Assembly: GCA_016284875.1 (NCBI GenBank)
Contig: JAEEPS010000006.1
Coordinates: 5,383 to 69,382, forward strand
Length of the DNA: 64,000 nucleotides
Origin: Salinivirgaceae bacterium
Lineage (GTDB): Bacteria > Bacteroidota > Bacteroidia > Bacteroidales > SZUA-534
Direction: 5' to 3'
Below, in pieces: positions 1-9,765 of this stretch. Below the pieces are notes generated by a model. It was given only the letters and a program-made list of their open reading frames with translations. It was not told the origin of the DNA and made no database searches. Numbering within the stretch: position 1 is the first letter of the stretch; the number at the start of each line of letters is the position of its first letter. Made by a program: the position numbers and the translations under genes.

Positions 1-1
1 T

Positions 2-1489
2 TATGTGCGGATTGGTGTGGTGATGCTCGTGGGGCTTTACACTTCGCGTGTGGTGCTCGATGCGTTGGGGGTAGTTGATTTCGGCATATATAATGCAGTG
101 GGCGGCATTGTGATGATGTTCTCGTTCTTGAGCAGTACAATGTCAACAGCGTGCCAACGGTTTTATTCTTATGAGATAGGCCGTGGTAATTTCGAAGAAC
201 TCAAGCGCACGTTTAGCATGTGCGTGCTTGTGTTTGCTTGCATTATCTTGGTTGTGGCCGTTGCTGCTGAGGTGTCGAGTTTGTGGTTGCTGCAGCGCAA
301 AATGAATGTCGAAAACCGTATGGATGCGGCTTGGTGGGTATTTCATTTCAGTGTGCTGTCGTTTGTGTTCACCATAATGCGGACACCATATATGGGAATG
401 GTTCTCGCCAAAGAGAAAATGAAGGTTTTTGCCTATTTGAGTGTGGTTGAGGTGATTGGTAATCTCGGAATAGCCATTCTGATTTCGCATCACGGCGGCG
501 ACAGACTGATTCTGTATGCCATTCTAATGGCTGCGGTAAATGCATCAGTGTCTGTTTTTTACATAATTTATTGCAGGGTGTTTTATCCTGAATGCAAGTT
601 TCAATTTTATTGGAATCGTAAGCGGTTTGTTGAGATTCTCGGTTTTGCAGGTTGGAATATGGTTGGTTCAATATCAGGCATTTGCAAAAGTCATGGACTG
701 AATATATTGCTAAATATTTTTTTCAGTCCTGTAGTCAACACTGCTCGCGGATTGGCTTATAAAGTTTTTCAAAGTATTCAGTCTTTTGCTGATAATTTCT
801 ATTGGGCAGTGCGTCCACAACTCATCAAGTCGTATTCGGCTGGTGACCGCGAAGGAATGCTCAAACTTATGTGCCAGAGTTCGAAATTCATTTATTTTCT
901 GATGCTTGCCATTGCATTACCCGTGATTATTGAAACACCGTTTCTGCTTGGTCTTTGGCTGAAAGAAGTTCCTGATTACACCATTTTGTTCACTCGGCTT
1001 GTGGTTATAAATGCTGTAATTGAATCTTTAACTAATCCATTGGCTGCAGCAATGCAGGCTTATGGGAAAATACGTAATTACAATTTAGTTGTGGGTGGAT
1101 TTATATTGCTAATTCTGCCTGTTTCTTATTTGTTTTTGAAATTTGGGTTCCCGCCCGAAACGGTTTTCTATGTATCGATAATTATTTGCGCTTTAGCGGT
1201 TTTTGTGCGTTTGTTTTTTATTCGTCGTTGTTTAGGATTGTCGTTGCGACAGTATCTGAGGAGCGTCATTGCCCCGATTGTGGCTGTTACGTTGTTGGCT
1301 TCGATTCTGCCAGTGTTACTCGAGTTGCATATCGAGCAGCCTTGGATGAGATTTTCGGCGGTCGTTGCTGCATCATTGGCCGCCATGGCAGTATCAGTAG
1401 GGACCGTCGGACTGACTGCCACAGAGCGCCGAAATGCGTTAAAAGTTATATGTGAGAAACTTCACATTAACGCTTTCGCGAAGCCATGA
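2..1489 (+). CDS. Wzx-type polysaccharide/O-antigen flippase (MATE-like superfamily), 5' end outside window
   Basis: The frame is open to the window edge. The protein is polytopic, and the block LYTSRVVLDALGVVDFGIYNAVGGIVMMFSFL is typical of Bacteroidota Wzx 'polysaccharide biosynthesis' proteins. It heads a run of glycan-modification genes. Confidence 0.8.
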   Translation, partial: YVRIGVVMLVGLYTSRVVLDALGVVDFGIYNAVGGIVMMFSFLSSTMSTACQRFYSYEIGRGNFEELKRTFSMCVLVFACIILVVAVAAEVSSLWLLQRKMNVENRMDAAWWVFHFSVLSFVFTIMRTPYMGMVLAKEKMKVFAYLSVVEVIGNLGIAILISHHGGDRLILYAILMAAVNASVSVFYIIYCRVFYPECKFQFYWNRKRFVEILGFAGWNMVGSISGICKSHGLNILLNIFFSPVVNTARGLAYKVFQSIQSFADNFYWAVRPQLIKSYSAGDREGMLKLMCQSSKFIYFLMLAIALPVIIETPFLLGLWLKEVPDYTILFTRLVVINAVIESLTNPLAAAMQAYGKIRNYNLVVGGFILLILPVSYLFLKFGFPPETVFYVSIIICALAVFVRLFFIRRCLGLSLRQYLRSVIAPIVAVTLLASILPVLLELHIEQPWMRFSAVVAASLAAMAVSVGTVGLTATERRNALKVICEKLHINAFAKP

Positions 1490-1504
1490 TAAACATTTTT
1501 TAAG

Positions 1505-2260
1505 ATGAAAATATCCATCGTCACCATAACGTTCAATGCCGAGCAGTTTCTTCGAGAAACCATGCAAAGCGTTTTAAAACAAACACATACCGACATTGAA
1601 TACCTTATTATCGATGGCAAATCGACTGACGGAACGGTTGAAATTATCAAGTCGTTTGAGGCTGAAATGAAGGAAAAATCAATTGAATTCCGATGGATTA
1701 GCGAACCCGACAAAGGCCTTTACGATGCCATGAACAAAGGCTTGCGGATGGCCACAGGCGATTTTGTGTGGTTTGTCAATGCCGGCGATCAGATTTTTGA
1801 CAGCACCACTGCGCAGAAAGTTTCCGATGCCATTGCCGCAAATGAGCTAGCCGATGTGGTTTACGGTCAAACGCTCATTATCGATCAAAATGGCACACCA
1901 TGCGGCGAACGTCACAAAATTGCACCGAAGAACTTACAATTCAAGAGTTTGCTAAATGGTTTGGTAGTCTGCCATCAATCGATACTAGTGCGTCGCAGCA
2001 TTGCACCAAATTACAATCTGCAATATCGTTATTCGGCTGATTATGACTGGGTTTGTGGCGTCTTGGAACAATCGCGATGCAATGTATATGTGGATGGATA
2101 TCTATCGAAATTCATGCTATCGGGTATATCGGCCAAAAACCGCAAGGCATCGTGGGTTGAACGTTACAAGATAATGCGCTGCCATTTCGGACTGATTCGA
2201 ACATTGGCGGCTCATTTTGTAATAGTGTTGAAATATCCGTTTTCGAGACAATTAGGGTAA
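1505..2260 (+). CDS. Family-2 (GT-A fold) glycosyltransferase
   Basis: 251 aa. KISIVTITFNAEQFL...LIIDGKSTDGT and DAMNKG motifs match WcaA-like GT2 enzymes. It starts 15 nt after the flippase stop. Confidence 0.85.
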   Translation: MKISIVTITFNAEQFLRETMQSVLKQTHTDIEYLIIDGKSTDGTVEIIKSFEAEMKEKSIEFRWISEPDKGLYDAMNKGLRMATGDFVWFVNAGDQIFDSTTAQKVSDAIAANELADVVYGQTLIIDQNGTPCGERHKIAPKNLQFKSLLNGLVVCHQSILVRRSIAPNYNLQYRYSADYDWVCGVLEQSRCNVYVDGYLSKFMLSGISAKNRKASWVERYKIMRCHFGLIRTLAAHFVIVLKYPFSRQLG

Positions 2261-2305
2261 ACAGTGTTTTATATATTTTGAATGTTGGTTATCCGCGCCA
2301 AAATG

Positions 2306-2313
2306 TATTTTTG
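2306..2313 (+). promoter_or_regulatory. Candidate Bacteroidota sigma-A -7 box (TAttTTTG), internal promoter of the polysaccharide locus
   Basis: Exact TAnnTTTG match in the 92-nt gap, 40 nt upstream of the ATG at 2353. Confidence 0.45.
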
Positions 2314-2352
2314 TCTACAAAATAAAGATACCACGTGTAAATAATTGCAAAT

Positions 2353-3462
2353 ATGTCTCATAATACCATTGGCATCGTAAGTTATAACATCAACTGCAAC
2401 TTTACAAATTACGGCTCGGCTTTGCAGTCGTGGGCGTTGAGTAGAAGTATCGAAAAACTCGGATACACACCGAAACTCATCGACTATTGCCCAAAAGTTT
2501 TGGGAAATGCCAATCCGCTTGACCCTGCCAAACTTATGTGGGACAAGGATGAGAAATCGCGAAAAGCGTTGGAAATGTCGATGTCCGCCATTAAGGAGAA
2601 TTTTTACAAGTTCGAAGATTTCTATACAAACAGATTCTCACGCACCGTCAAGAAATATACCGACAGCGACTTCCAAGATGTGGTGAAGGATGAAGGTGTT
2701 GAGCGTTTTGTTTGCGGAAGCGACACGATTTTTTGCATCGATGAGTTCAAGGGGTTTGCCGAAGGGTACTATGCCAATTTCGACTGTATGCGACAAAACA
2801 GCATATCATACGCGGCAAGTTTCGGTGATTCTCATTTTTCTGACGGTGATTATAAAATCCTAAACCAACGGTTGCAAAACTTCAAGGCTATTGGCATCAG
2901 GGAAAACGATATGCTTGAATATGTAAAAGCACATGCTTCCGTTCCTGCACAACGTACAATTGACCCGACTCTTCTTTTGACTGCAAAGGACTATGACACC
3001 ATTGCCGCACCGAGGATTATCGAAAGCAAATATCTTTTGCTGTATTCACGGCGATATAATGCACAGATGAATGCGTTTGCTGATAGAATCGCTAAAGAGA
3101 AAAAACTAAAAATCATCGATATAAGCCTTCGTGCGTTTGAAAACGAAGAACATGTGCCTTTTTATCAGGCAGGTGTTGAAGAATTTCTCTCGCTTGTTAA
3201 ACACGCCGAATGTGTAGTAACCAATTCGTTTCATGGCATTATTATCAGTGTCCAATACAGGCGAAATTTCTATGGTTTTACAAGGCAGGAGTGCAACACA
3301 AAAATCAACGAACTAATGGCTCTGTTCGGATTGGATGGTCACCTTTATATTTCAGGAGAAGAAAAACACAGTGAGCCTGACTATGATGATGTACATCAGC
3401 GTATTGCCAGGGTTCGGGAAAAGTCAATTGAATTCTTGAATAAAAGTTTGGCATTGTTGTAA
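2353..3462 (+). CDS. Polysaccharide pyruvyl transferase family protein
   Basis: 369 aa. The N-terminus IGIVSYNINCNFTNYGSALQSWAL and the overall layout match the WcaK/CsaB-like PS_pyruv_trans family. Confidence 0.75.
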   Translation: MSHNTIGIVSYNINCNFTNYGSALQSWALSRSIEKLGYTPKLIDYCPKVLGNANPLDPAKLMWDKDEKSRKALEMSMSAIKENFYKFEDFYTNRFSRTVKKYTDSDFQDVVKDEGVERFVCGSDTIFCIDEFKGFAEGYYANFDCMRQNSISYAASFGDSHFSDGDYKILNQRLQNFKAIGIRENDMLEYVKAHASVPAQRTIDPTLLLTAKDYDTIAAPRIIESKYLLLYSRRYNAQMNAFADRIAKEKKLKIIDISLRAFENEEHVPFYQAGVEEFLSLVKHAECVVTNSFHGIIISVQYRRNFYGFTRQECNTKINELMALFGLDGHLYISGEEKHSEPDYDDVHQRIARVREKSIEFLNKSLALL

Positions 3463-3465
3463 ACC

Positions 3466-4698
3466 ATGAGTGTTCCCAAAAACATACTTGAGAGCGGTTT
3501 TGATACAAAAAGCCAGTGTTGTGGCTGTGGGGCGTGTGTTCAGGTTTGTGCCAAGAACGCCATCAGGATGCAGGAAGATGATGAAGGGTTCTTGTACCCA
3601 GTTGTGGATACAGATTTGTGTGTTGAATGCGGGCTGTGTGAAAGTGTTTGCCAATACATCGTATCCGTCGGGAAAAACACTGCGCTCCAACACGCTTACG
3701 GTGGTCATATCAATGATGCGGATGTTTTGAACGAAAGCACTTCAGGCGGGGCGTTTTCAGCCATTGCGGATGTCTGGTGTGACGAAAACTATGTGATATT
3801 CGGGGCGGAAGCAGACGGATTGAAAATCAGACACTCGTTTGTAACTGATAAAAACGAGATAGGAAAGTTTAGACGCTCAAAATATTCACAGAGTGTTATC
3901 GGGGATTCATTTAAAGAGTGCAAAAATTTCCTTAACGATGGCAAAAAGGTTCTGTTTTCGGGAACACCGTGCCAGATTGCAGGTTTGAAATCGTTTTTGA
4001 AGGGAAAAGATTATGACAATCTTTTGACGGTTGAGGTAATTTGTGAGGGGGTCCCGTCGCCACTTTTTGTCAGAAAACTTGACGAAAAAATTCAAAAAGA
4101 GAAAAAAAGTAGCATTATCTCTTTGGATTATAGATATAAAGACTCTGACAGGTGGGATTATCAAGTGATGAATATTAGTTATTCCTCAACTGGTAATTCC
4201 ATTAACGGAACTATCAAGTATGACCGATGGCTAAATCCGTTTTGGTCGATATGGCTTGCTCATCTTATGAGCCGACCATCGTGCTACAAATGTCCATACA
4301 CGACTTTCAATAGGGTTGCAGATATTTCACTTGGTGATTTGTGGGGAGCGTATGCTTTTTGTCCCGATTTGTACAATAAAAACAAAGGGGCATCTTTAAT
4401 AATAGCAAATACCGATAAAGGGAAAAAGATTGCACAAAATACTTTGAAAACAGTTTTTATCGGGCGAGAAATCGAATTCGCTCAAGCGTTAAAGTATCAG
4501 AGTCCTATGCGGAAAAATATTGATATAAACCCCAAGAGAGATGATTTTATGCAAGATTTGAAAGCAATGGATTATGACACTATTTGTAAAAAATATGCGA
4601 AAAGGAAATCATTAAAATTCTTATTTTCAAAATATATTTTGGGCACTTATAGGCAACGTGCTTGGTGGAAGAATATTAAAAGACAATTAAAGAAATAG
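3466..4698 (+). CDS. FrhB-like (coenzyme F420 hydrogenase/dehydrogenase beta-subunit family) 4Fe-4S protein
   Basis: 410 aa. Two ferredoxin-type cysteine motifs (CCGCGACVQVC, CVECGLCESVC) are followed by an FrhB-like C-terminal region. It starts 3 nt after the pyruvyl transferase stop. Confidence 0.7.
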   Translation: MSVPKNILESGFDTKSQCCGCGACVQVCAKNAIRMQEDDEGFLYPVVDTDLCVECGLCESVCQYIVSVGKNTALQHAYGGHINDADVLNESTSGGAFSAIADVWCDENYVIFGAEADGLKIRHSFVTDKNEIGKFRRSKYSQSVIGDSFKECKNFLNDGKKVLFSGTPCQIAGLKSFLKGKDYDNLLTVEVICEGVPSPLFVRKLDEKIQKEKKSSIISLDYRYKDSDRWDYQVMNISYSSTGNSINGTIKYDRWLNPFWSIWLAHLMSRPSCYKCPYTTFNRVADISLGDLWGAYAFCPDLYNKNKGASLIIANTDKGKKIAQNTLKTVFIGREIEFAQALKYQSPMRKNIDINPKRDDFMQDLKAMDYDTICKKYAKRKSLKFLFSKYILGTYRQRAWWKNIKRQLKK

Positions 4699-4704
4699 TA
4701 TCAG

Positions 4705-5763
4705 ATGTATTATTTGAATCCCCGTATCGAGAATCTTTATAGAATTTTCGACCAAAACGAAAGAAAGGATTTCTTGCGTCTTGATTTGAATGAAAATCCA
4801 GGCGGACTGCCGCAAGATTTTATCAATGATGTACTGAAAGACATTACACCACAATTTGTGGCTCAATATCCAGAGACGCTACATTTTGCGGAAGTTCTGG
4901 CCAAATTCTTGAAAACAGATATTGCGCATTTGTGCCTTGTAAACGGCTCTGCAGAAGGAATTCGATATGTGATTCAGGCTTTTACATCGGAAAACGGAAG
5001 AATAGTCGGGGTTGTGCCATCGTATTTTATGTTTCAGGTATACAGCGAGATGTACGGAAGGGACTTTGTTAAAGTTCCTTACAACGATGACTTGACCATG
5101 AGCGTTGACAACATAATCAATGAACTTACCGATGACACGCAATTGCTGATTCTTCTGAATCCAAACAATCCTATGGGCAATGTCTATTCCGACGACGAAT
5201 TCAGTGCGTTGTTGCAAGTGGCTAAGCAGAAGCAGATTACTATTCTAATCGACGAAGCCTATCATTATTTCTATCCGAAAACGTTTATTGAATACGCGCT
5301 CAACGAAGAACATGTTTTTGTTACGAGGACATTCTCAAAACTATTCTCTATGGCGGGTTGCAGGCTCGGATATGTTGTCGGCTGGCCCGAAGGAATCAGG
5401 ATGGTGCAGAAATTCTGCACACCGCATAACACCAACGCTTTTGCAATGAAATTTGCCGAAGCAGTAATCGAGAATCCAGAAGTCTTGCAGTCTCTTATTG
5501 ACAAATTCAATGAAGGACGCAAATATCTGACCGATACACTTGATGCTAACGGGTACGAGCATAAGGGAGATGCAGGAAATTTCATTTTCATAAAGACGAA
5601 AACTGATGCACAGAAAATCGTTGAAAGAATGAAATCGGAAAAGAAGATTTTGATAAAATCTTATCCAAATGTGGGTAATTTTGGAACTTGTTTGAGGGTC
5701 TCGATAGGAGAGAAAATATATATGCAACAATTTTGTAACGCATTGTTTGAATTAGACAGATGA
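4705..5763 (+). CDS. Class I/II PLP-dependent aminotransferase/decarboxylase of the HisC/CobD family
   Basis: 352 aa with LNENP, NPNNPMG, DEAY and RTFSKLFSMAGCRLGY (Schiff-base Lys) motifs. It sits in a glycan locus, not in a his or cob operon. Confidence 0.8.
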   Translation: MYYLNPRIENLYRIFDQNERKDFLRLDLNENPGGLPQDFINDVLKDITPQFVAQYPETLHFAEVLAKFLKTDIAHLCLVNGSAEGIRYVIQAFTSENGRIVGVVPSYFMFQVYSEMYGRDFVKVPYNDDLTMSVDNIINELTDDTQLLILLNPNNPMGNVYSDDEFSALLQVAKQKQITILIDEAYHYFYPKTFIEYALNEEHVFVTRTFSKLFSMAGCRLGYVVGWPEGIRMVQKFCTPHNTNAFAMKFAEAVIENPEVLQSLIDKFNEGRKYLTDTLDANGYEHKGDAGNFIFIKTKTDAQKIVERMKSEKKILIKSYPNVGNFGTCLRVSIGEKIYMQQFCNALFELDR

Positions 5764-7097
5764 TAAAAGTAATAACATACGGCACTTACGATTTGCTGCA
5801 TTACGGACATATCCGTCTGTTGGAGCGGGCAAAAGCGTTGGGCGACTATCTGATTGTTGGCGTAACGGCTGATGGATTCGACATGGCGCGTGGAAAAATA
5901 AACGTCCAGCAATCGCTTATGGAACGCATTGAGGCAGTAAAGAATACAGGCCTTGCAGATGAGATTATTGTTGAAGAATACGAAGGTCAGAAAATTGACG
6001 ATATCAGGCGTTACGGCGTTGATATTTTCACTGTCGGCTCGGATTGGAAGGGACAATTCGACTATCTTAATGAGTTTTGTAAGGTCGTTTATCTGGATAG
6101 GACAGAAGGTGTTTCAAGCACCGACTTGCGGAACGAAAAGCGTGAAATCCGTATCGGATTGGTGGGTGAGTCGTCAACCGTTCTGAATAAGTTCGCCGCT
6201 GAATCGCATTTTGTGAATGGTGTAAAAATCGTTGGCTATTGTTCGTTAGATCCAACACAGTTTTCTGATGAATTGCAGCATTTGTCAGTTAAAACATCCG
6301 ACATTTCAAAACTGATTGAAGAATGCGATGCGCTGTATGTGGTGTCGCACCCGTCAAAACACTACGAGCAGATAAAACTGGCTTTGCAAAACAAAAAGCA
6401 CGTTTTGTGTGAAGCGCCAATTGCGTTGAAAACTAGCCAGTATGATGAATTAAAACAGTTGGCGCATGATAATGGTTGTGTGTTGATGGATGCGATTAAG
6501 ACTGCTTATTCCACGGCATATAACCGAATGAACCTTTTGGTTAAGAGCGGAATTATTGGCGAAGTGAAATCGGTTGATTCGGTTTGCACAAGTCTTTCTG
6601 ATTTGGAAAGCAAGAAAGGCAAAGACCTGACCAACACTTGGAACAGTATCTGTGCATGGGGGCCAGTGGCAATGTTGCCAGTTTTCCAGTTGCTTGGTTC
6701 CAAATACAGCGATATGCAGATAATCTCGCATCTTATTTCTGAAAACTTCGACACATTTACAAAAGTCTCGTTTGTCTACCCAAACGCGGTAGCATCGCTG
6801 ATGGTAGGCAAGGGAGTAAAATCGGAAGGTGAGTTAATTGTTTCGGGCACAAAAGGATACATTTATGTTCCTGCGCCTTGGTGGAAGACGGATTATTTCG
6901 AAGTCCGTTTCGAAAACCCCGCTGACAATAAACGTTATTTCTACCAGTTGGACGGCGAAGGAATACGGTATATGATAGTTTCGTTCCTGAAAGCGATAGA
7001 GGGCGGACGTAATTGTTCGTATATCGGTGGTGATGTGTCAGAAACGATGGTTAGAGTTTTGGATGAGTTTTATAACGGAAAAAGAATTCAAATATAG
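5760..7097 (+). CDS. Fusion protein: TagD-type glycerol-3-phosphate cytidylyltransferase (aa 1-130) plus Gfo/Idh/MocA-like oxidoreductase domain (aa 130-445)
   Basis: GTYDLLHYGHIRLL (HxGH) and RTEGVSST motifs lie in the N-terminal part. The C-terminal part resembles Gfo/Idh/MocA but reads GLVGES and EAP (nt 6411-6419) where GxGxxG and EKP are usual. ATGA overlap with the upstream gene. Confidence 0.8.
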   Translation: MIKVITYGTYDLLHYGHIRLLERAKALGDYLIVGVTADGFDMARGKINVQQSLMERIEAVKNTGLADEIIVEEYEGQKIDDIRRYGVDIFTVGSDWKGQFDYLNEFCKVVYLDRTEGVSSTDLRNEKREIRIGLVGESSTVLNKFAAESHFVNGVKIVGYCSLDPTQFSDELQHLSVKTSDISKLIEECDALYVVSHPSKHYEQIKLALQNKKHVLCEAPIALKTSQYDELKQLAHDNGCVLMDAIKTAYSTAYNRMNLLVKSGIIGEVKSVDSVCTSLSDLESKKGKDLTNTWNSICAWGPVAMLPVFQLLGSKYSDMQIISHLISENFDTFTKVSFVYPNAVASLMVGKGVKSEGELIVSGTKGYIYVPAPWWKTDYFEVRFENPADNKRYFYQLDGEGIRYMIVSFLKAIEGGRNCSYIGGDVSETMVRVLDEFYNGKRIQI

Positions 7098-7121
7098 TTG
7101 TTTCTTATTTTGTGCGGATAA

Positions 7122-7967
7122 ATGGAAAGAACAGCAAGTCAGCGAGATGCAGAGTTAAAGGCAAAATATAACCCCGAAGGTTCGCAGTTGAGGCAAATTC
7201 AACTTAGAGAACTTGCCATATTGGTTGAATTTGACAGAGTGTGTCGGGAACATGGTATCGATTATTGGTTGGATTCAGGGACTCTTATTGGTGCGGTAAG
7301 GCACGGCGGGTTCATCCCTTGGGATGATGATATTGATGTGTGTATCCGAAGAAAGGATTACAAAAAATTACATCAAGCCATGACTGAAAGTCTTGGCCCT
7401 GATTATGAGTATTCACCTGCAGGAAAAGTGACAAATTATAATTATCCGGGGTTGACTAAAAAAATCAAACGCCCAACAAGTCGCTTGTATGACAAGAACG
7501 TATCCTTGGTGAGGACATTTAAGGATTTGCCAATAGTAGTCAATGAGAATTTGTGGATTGATGTTTATTATATGGAGTATGGTTCTTTGTTGGCAAAGAA
7601 AATAATAGAAAGCACCTATGGCAAATGTCAACGTCGGGTGTGGAATTTCATTAATGACGGGAAATTAAAACATACAATAGCGGTACTTGCATATCCGTTT
7701 ACTGTCCTTTTGAAAGTTGTAATAAGTAGCTGGTGTAAAATATTTCATAGAGGAACATTCGTCGGTAATTATGGAAATGCAACCATTAGCACCAGGAAAA
7801 GAGATGATATATTTCCACTGCGTGAAATTGAGTTCGAAGGGCGCTTATTTAAAGCCCCCAATAATATTGATGCCTATTTAAGACGTCTTTATGGTAATTA
7901 TATGGAGATACCATCAGAAGACAAGATTGAAAGTCACCACATTATAGAGTTGAAAATTATCAAATAG
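7122..7967 (+). CDS. LicD-family phospho-alcohol (phosphocholine/polyol-phosphate) transferase
   Basis: 281 aa with the LicD signature DSGTLIGAVRHGGFIPWDDDIDV. Confidence 0.8.
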   Translation: MERTASQRDAELKAKYNPEGSQLRQIQLRELAILVEFDRVCREHGIDYWLDSGTLIGAVRHGGFIPWDDDIDVCIRRKDYKKLHQAMTESLGPDYEYSPAGKVTNYNYPGLTKKIKRPTSRLYDKNVSLVRTFKDLPIVVNENLWIDVYYMEYGSLLAKKIIESTYGKCQRRVWNFINDGKLKHTIAVLAYPFTVLLKVVISSWCKIFHRGTFVGNYGNATISTRKRDDIFPLREIEFEGRLFKAPNNIDAYLRRLYGNYMEIPSEDKIESHHIIELKIIK

Positions 7968-8023
7968 CCAACACGTATAAGGTGCGTTTTCTTTGTACCT
8001 TCGTCAAATCAAAACAAAGTCAA

Positions 8024-8734
8024 ATGAACATAGCCGTAATAATAGCAGGTGGTGCAGGCGTCAGAATGGGACAGGACATTCCCAAGCAGTTTCTGAACGT
8101 GTTCGACAAGCCTGTAATTGTGTACACTCTTGAGGCTTTCCAGCAGCACCCGATGATTGATGCCATTGAAGTTGTTTGCATCGATGGTTGGCACGATGTG
8201 CTGAAAGCCTATTGCAAGCAGTTCGGGATAACCAAACTTGATAATGTGGTTTCGGGCGGAGCCAACGGACAAGAGTCGATACATAACGGTGTGACCGATT
8301 TGATGACTCGCCACAACAGCGACGATGTTGTGCTGATTCATGATGCCATTCGGCCAATGGTTACGGCTGAGATTATCACAAATTGCATCAAAGTCTGCCA
8401 ACAATACGGCAATGCCATAACGGTTATTCCTTGTGCCGAAGCCATGTTGCTGACCGCTGACGGGTTGTCTGCCGATGACCAGATTGCCCGCTCGTCGCTG
8501 AAACGCACACAGACTCCGCAGGCTTTCCATTTAGGCGATTTAGCCGATGCTCACGCCGAAGCGCAGAAACGGGGAATCACGAATTCCATAGCCTCGTGCA
8601 CCTTGTTTGTGGAATTGGGGCGAAAGGTCTACTTCTCGGTAGGCGCCGAAAAAAACGTGAAACTCACCACGCCTGAAGACATCGAAATATTCAAGGCTTT
8701 GCTCAAAAGTAAAAACAGCGAATGGATAAAATAA
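8024..8734 (+). CDS. IspD/TarI-family cytidylyltransferase (candidate ribitol-5-phosphate cytidylyltransferase)
   Basis: NIAVIIAGGAGVRMGQDIPKQFL nucleotide-binding signature. The ATG at 8024 is preferred over the GTG at 7982 that opens the ORF. Confidence 0.75.
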   Translation: MNIAVIIAGGAGVRMGQDIPKQFLNVFDKPVIVYTLEAFQQHPMIDAIEVVCIDGWHDVLKAYCKQFGITKLDNVVSGGANGQESIHNGVTDLMTRHNSDDVVLIHDAIRPMVTAEIITNCIKVCQQYGNAITVIPCAEAMLLTADGLSADDQIARSSLKRTQTPQAFHLGDLADAHAEAQKRGITNSIASCTLFVELGRKVYFSVGAEKNVKLTTPEDIEIFKALLKSKNSEWIK

Positions 8735-9765
8735 GCAGCTATCGAACCGACTTGGCCAATATTGAGGCGGAAGCGTTGCCATGGGACAAGTTGGATGGAA
8801 AGAACATTCTTATTGCCGGAGCTACAGGCTTAATCGGCTCTTGTCTGGTTGATGCACTTTTGCTCAACCAAAAGGCAGGCTGCAACGTTTACGCCATGGG
8901 ACGGAATCAAGAACGAGCCTGGAAATTGTTCGAAAAGCATGCCTCCAATCCGCGTTTCAAATTCATTAAGGGCGACATTTCCGAACCTATCGAAAGCAAT
9001 ATCGACTTTCACTATATTATTGATGCAGCAAGCAATGCAAGTCCCAACTTCTTCGCACAACATCCTGTCGGGGTAATGAAATCGAATCTTTTCGGCGTTG
9101 TCAATCTTGTTGAGTACGGCCTTGCCCACAATATGCAGCGAATGCTATATGTGTCGACGGGTGAAATATACGGCGAAAATACCGGCCATCAATTTGTGGA
9201 AACCGATAGCGGATATGTCGATTGTGCAACATCGCGTGCCTGCTACCCGTCGTCGAAAAGGGCAGCAGAGACACTGTGTGCTTCATATGCCGCCGAATAT
9301 GGCGCCGACATTGTCATTGCGAGGCCTTGCCACGTTTATGGTCCGCACTACACCGAGGCCGACAACCGTGTTTACGCCCAGTTCATTCGCAATATCATAA
9401 ACAACGATGACATTTTGATGAAAAGTGCCGGCACTCAGTTGCGTTCGTGGTGCTATGTGGTTGATTGCGTCAGAGCCTTGCTCTACATTCTGCTGAAAGG
9501 CGAAAAAGGGCAGCCGTACAATGTCGCCGACACTGACTCGTGTATTACAATCCGTCAACTGGCCGAAATGATAGCGGTTATTGGCGGCAAAAAAGTGGTG
9601 ATTCAAACCGATAACGAAGTGGTTGGAAATCAAATCATAACCAAGGCTCTTTTCGACACACGAAAACTCGAAGGTCTGGGTTGGAATGTGATGGGCGACA
9701 TGAAATCGAAAATGCAGGCAACAATCGATGAACAAATTCGATACGAAGGTCGGGCAGAAAGATGA
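8722..9765 (+). CDS. NAD(P)-dependent SDR epimerase/dehydratase/reductase family protein
   Basis: 347 aa with Rossmann ILIAGATGLIGS and catalytic YPSSK (YxxxK). It overlaps the cytidylyltransferase gene by 13 nt. Confidence 0.8.
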   Translation: MDKISSYRTDLANIEAEALPWDKLDGKNILIAGATGLIGSCLVDALLLNQKAGCNVYAMGRNQERAWKLFEKHASNPRFKFIKGDISEPIESNIDFHYIIDAASNASPNFFAQHPVGVMKSNLFGVVNLVEYGLAHNMQRMLYVSTGEIYGENTGHQFVETDSGYVDCATSRACYPSSKRAAETLCASYAAEYGADIVIARPCHVYGPHYTEADNRVYAQFIRNIINNDDILMKSAGTQLRSWCYVVDCVRALLYILLKGEKGQPYNVADTDSCITIRQLAEMIAVIGGKKVVIQTDNEVVGNQIITKALFDTRKLEGLGWNVMGDMKSKMQATIDEQIRYEGRAER

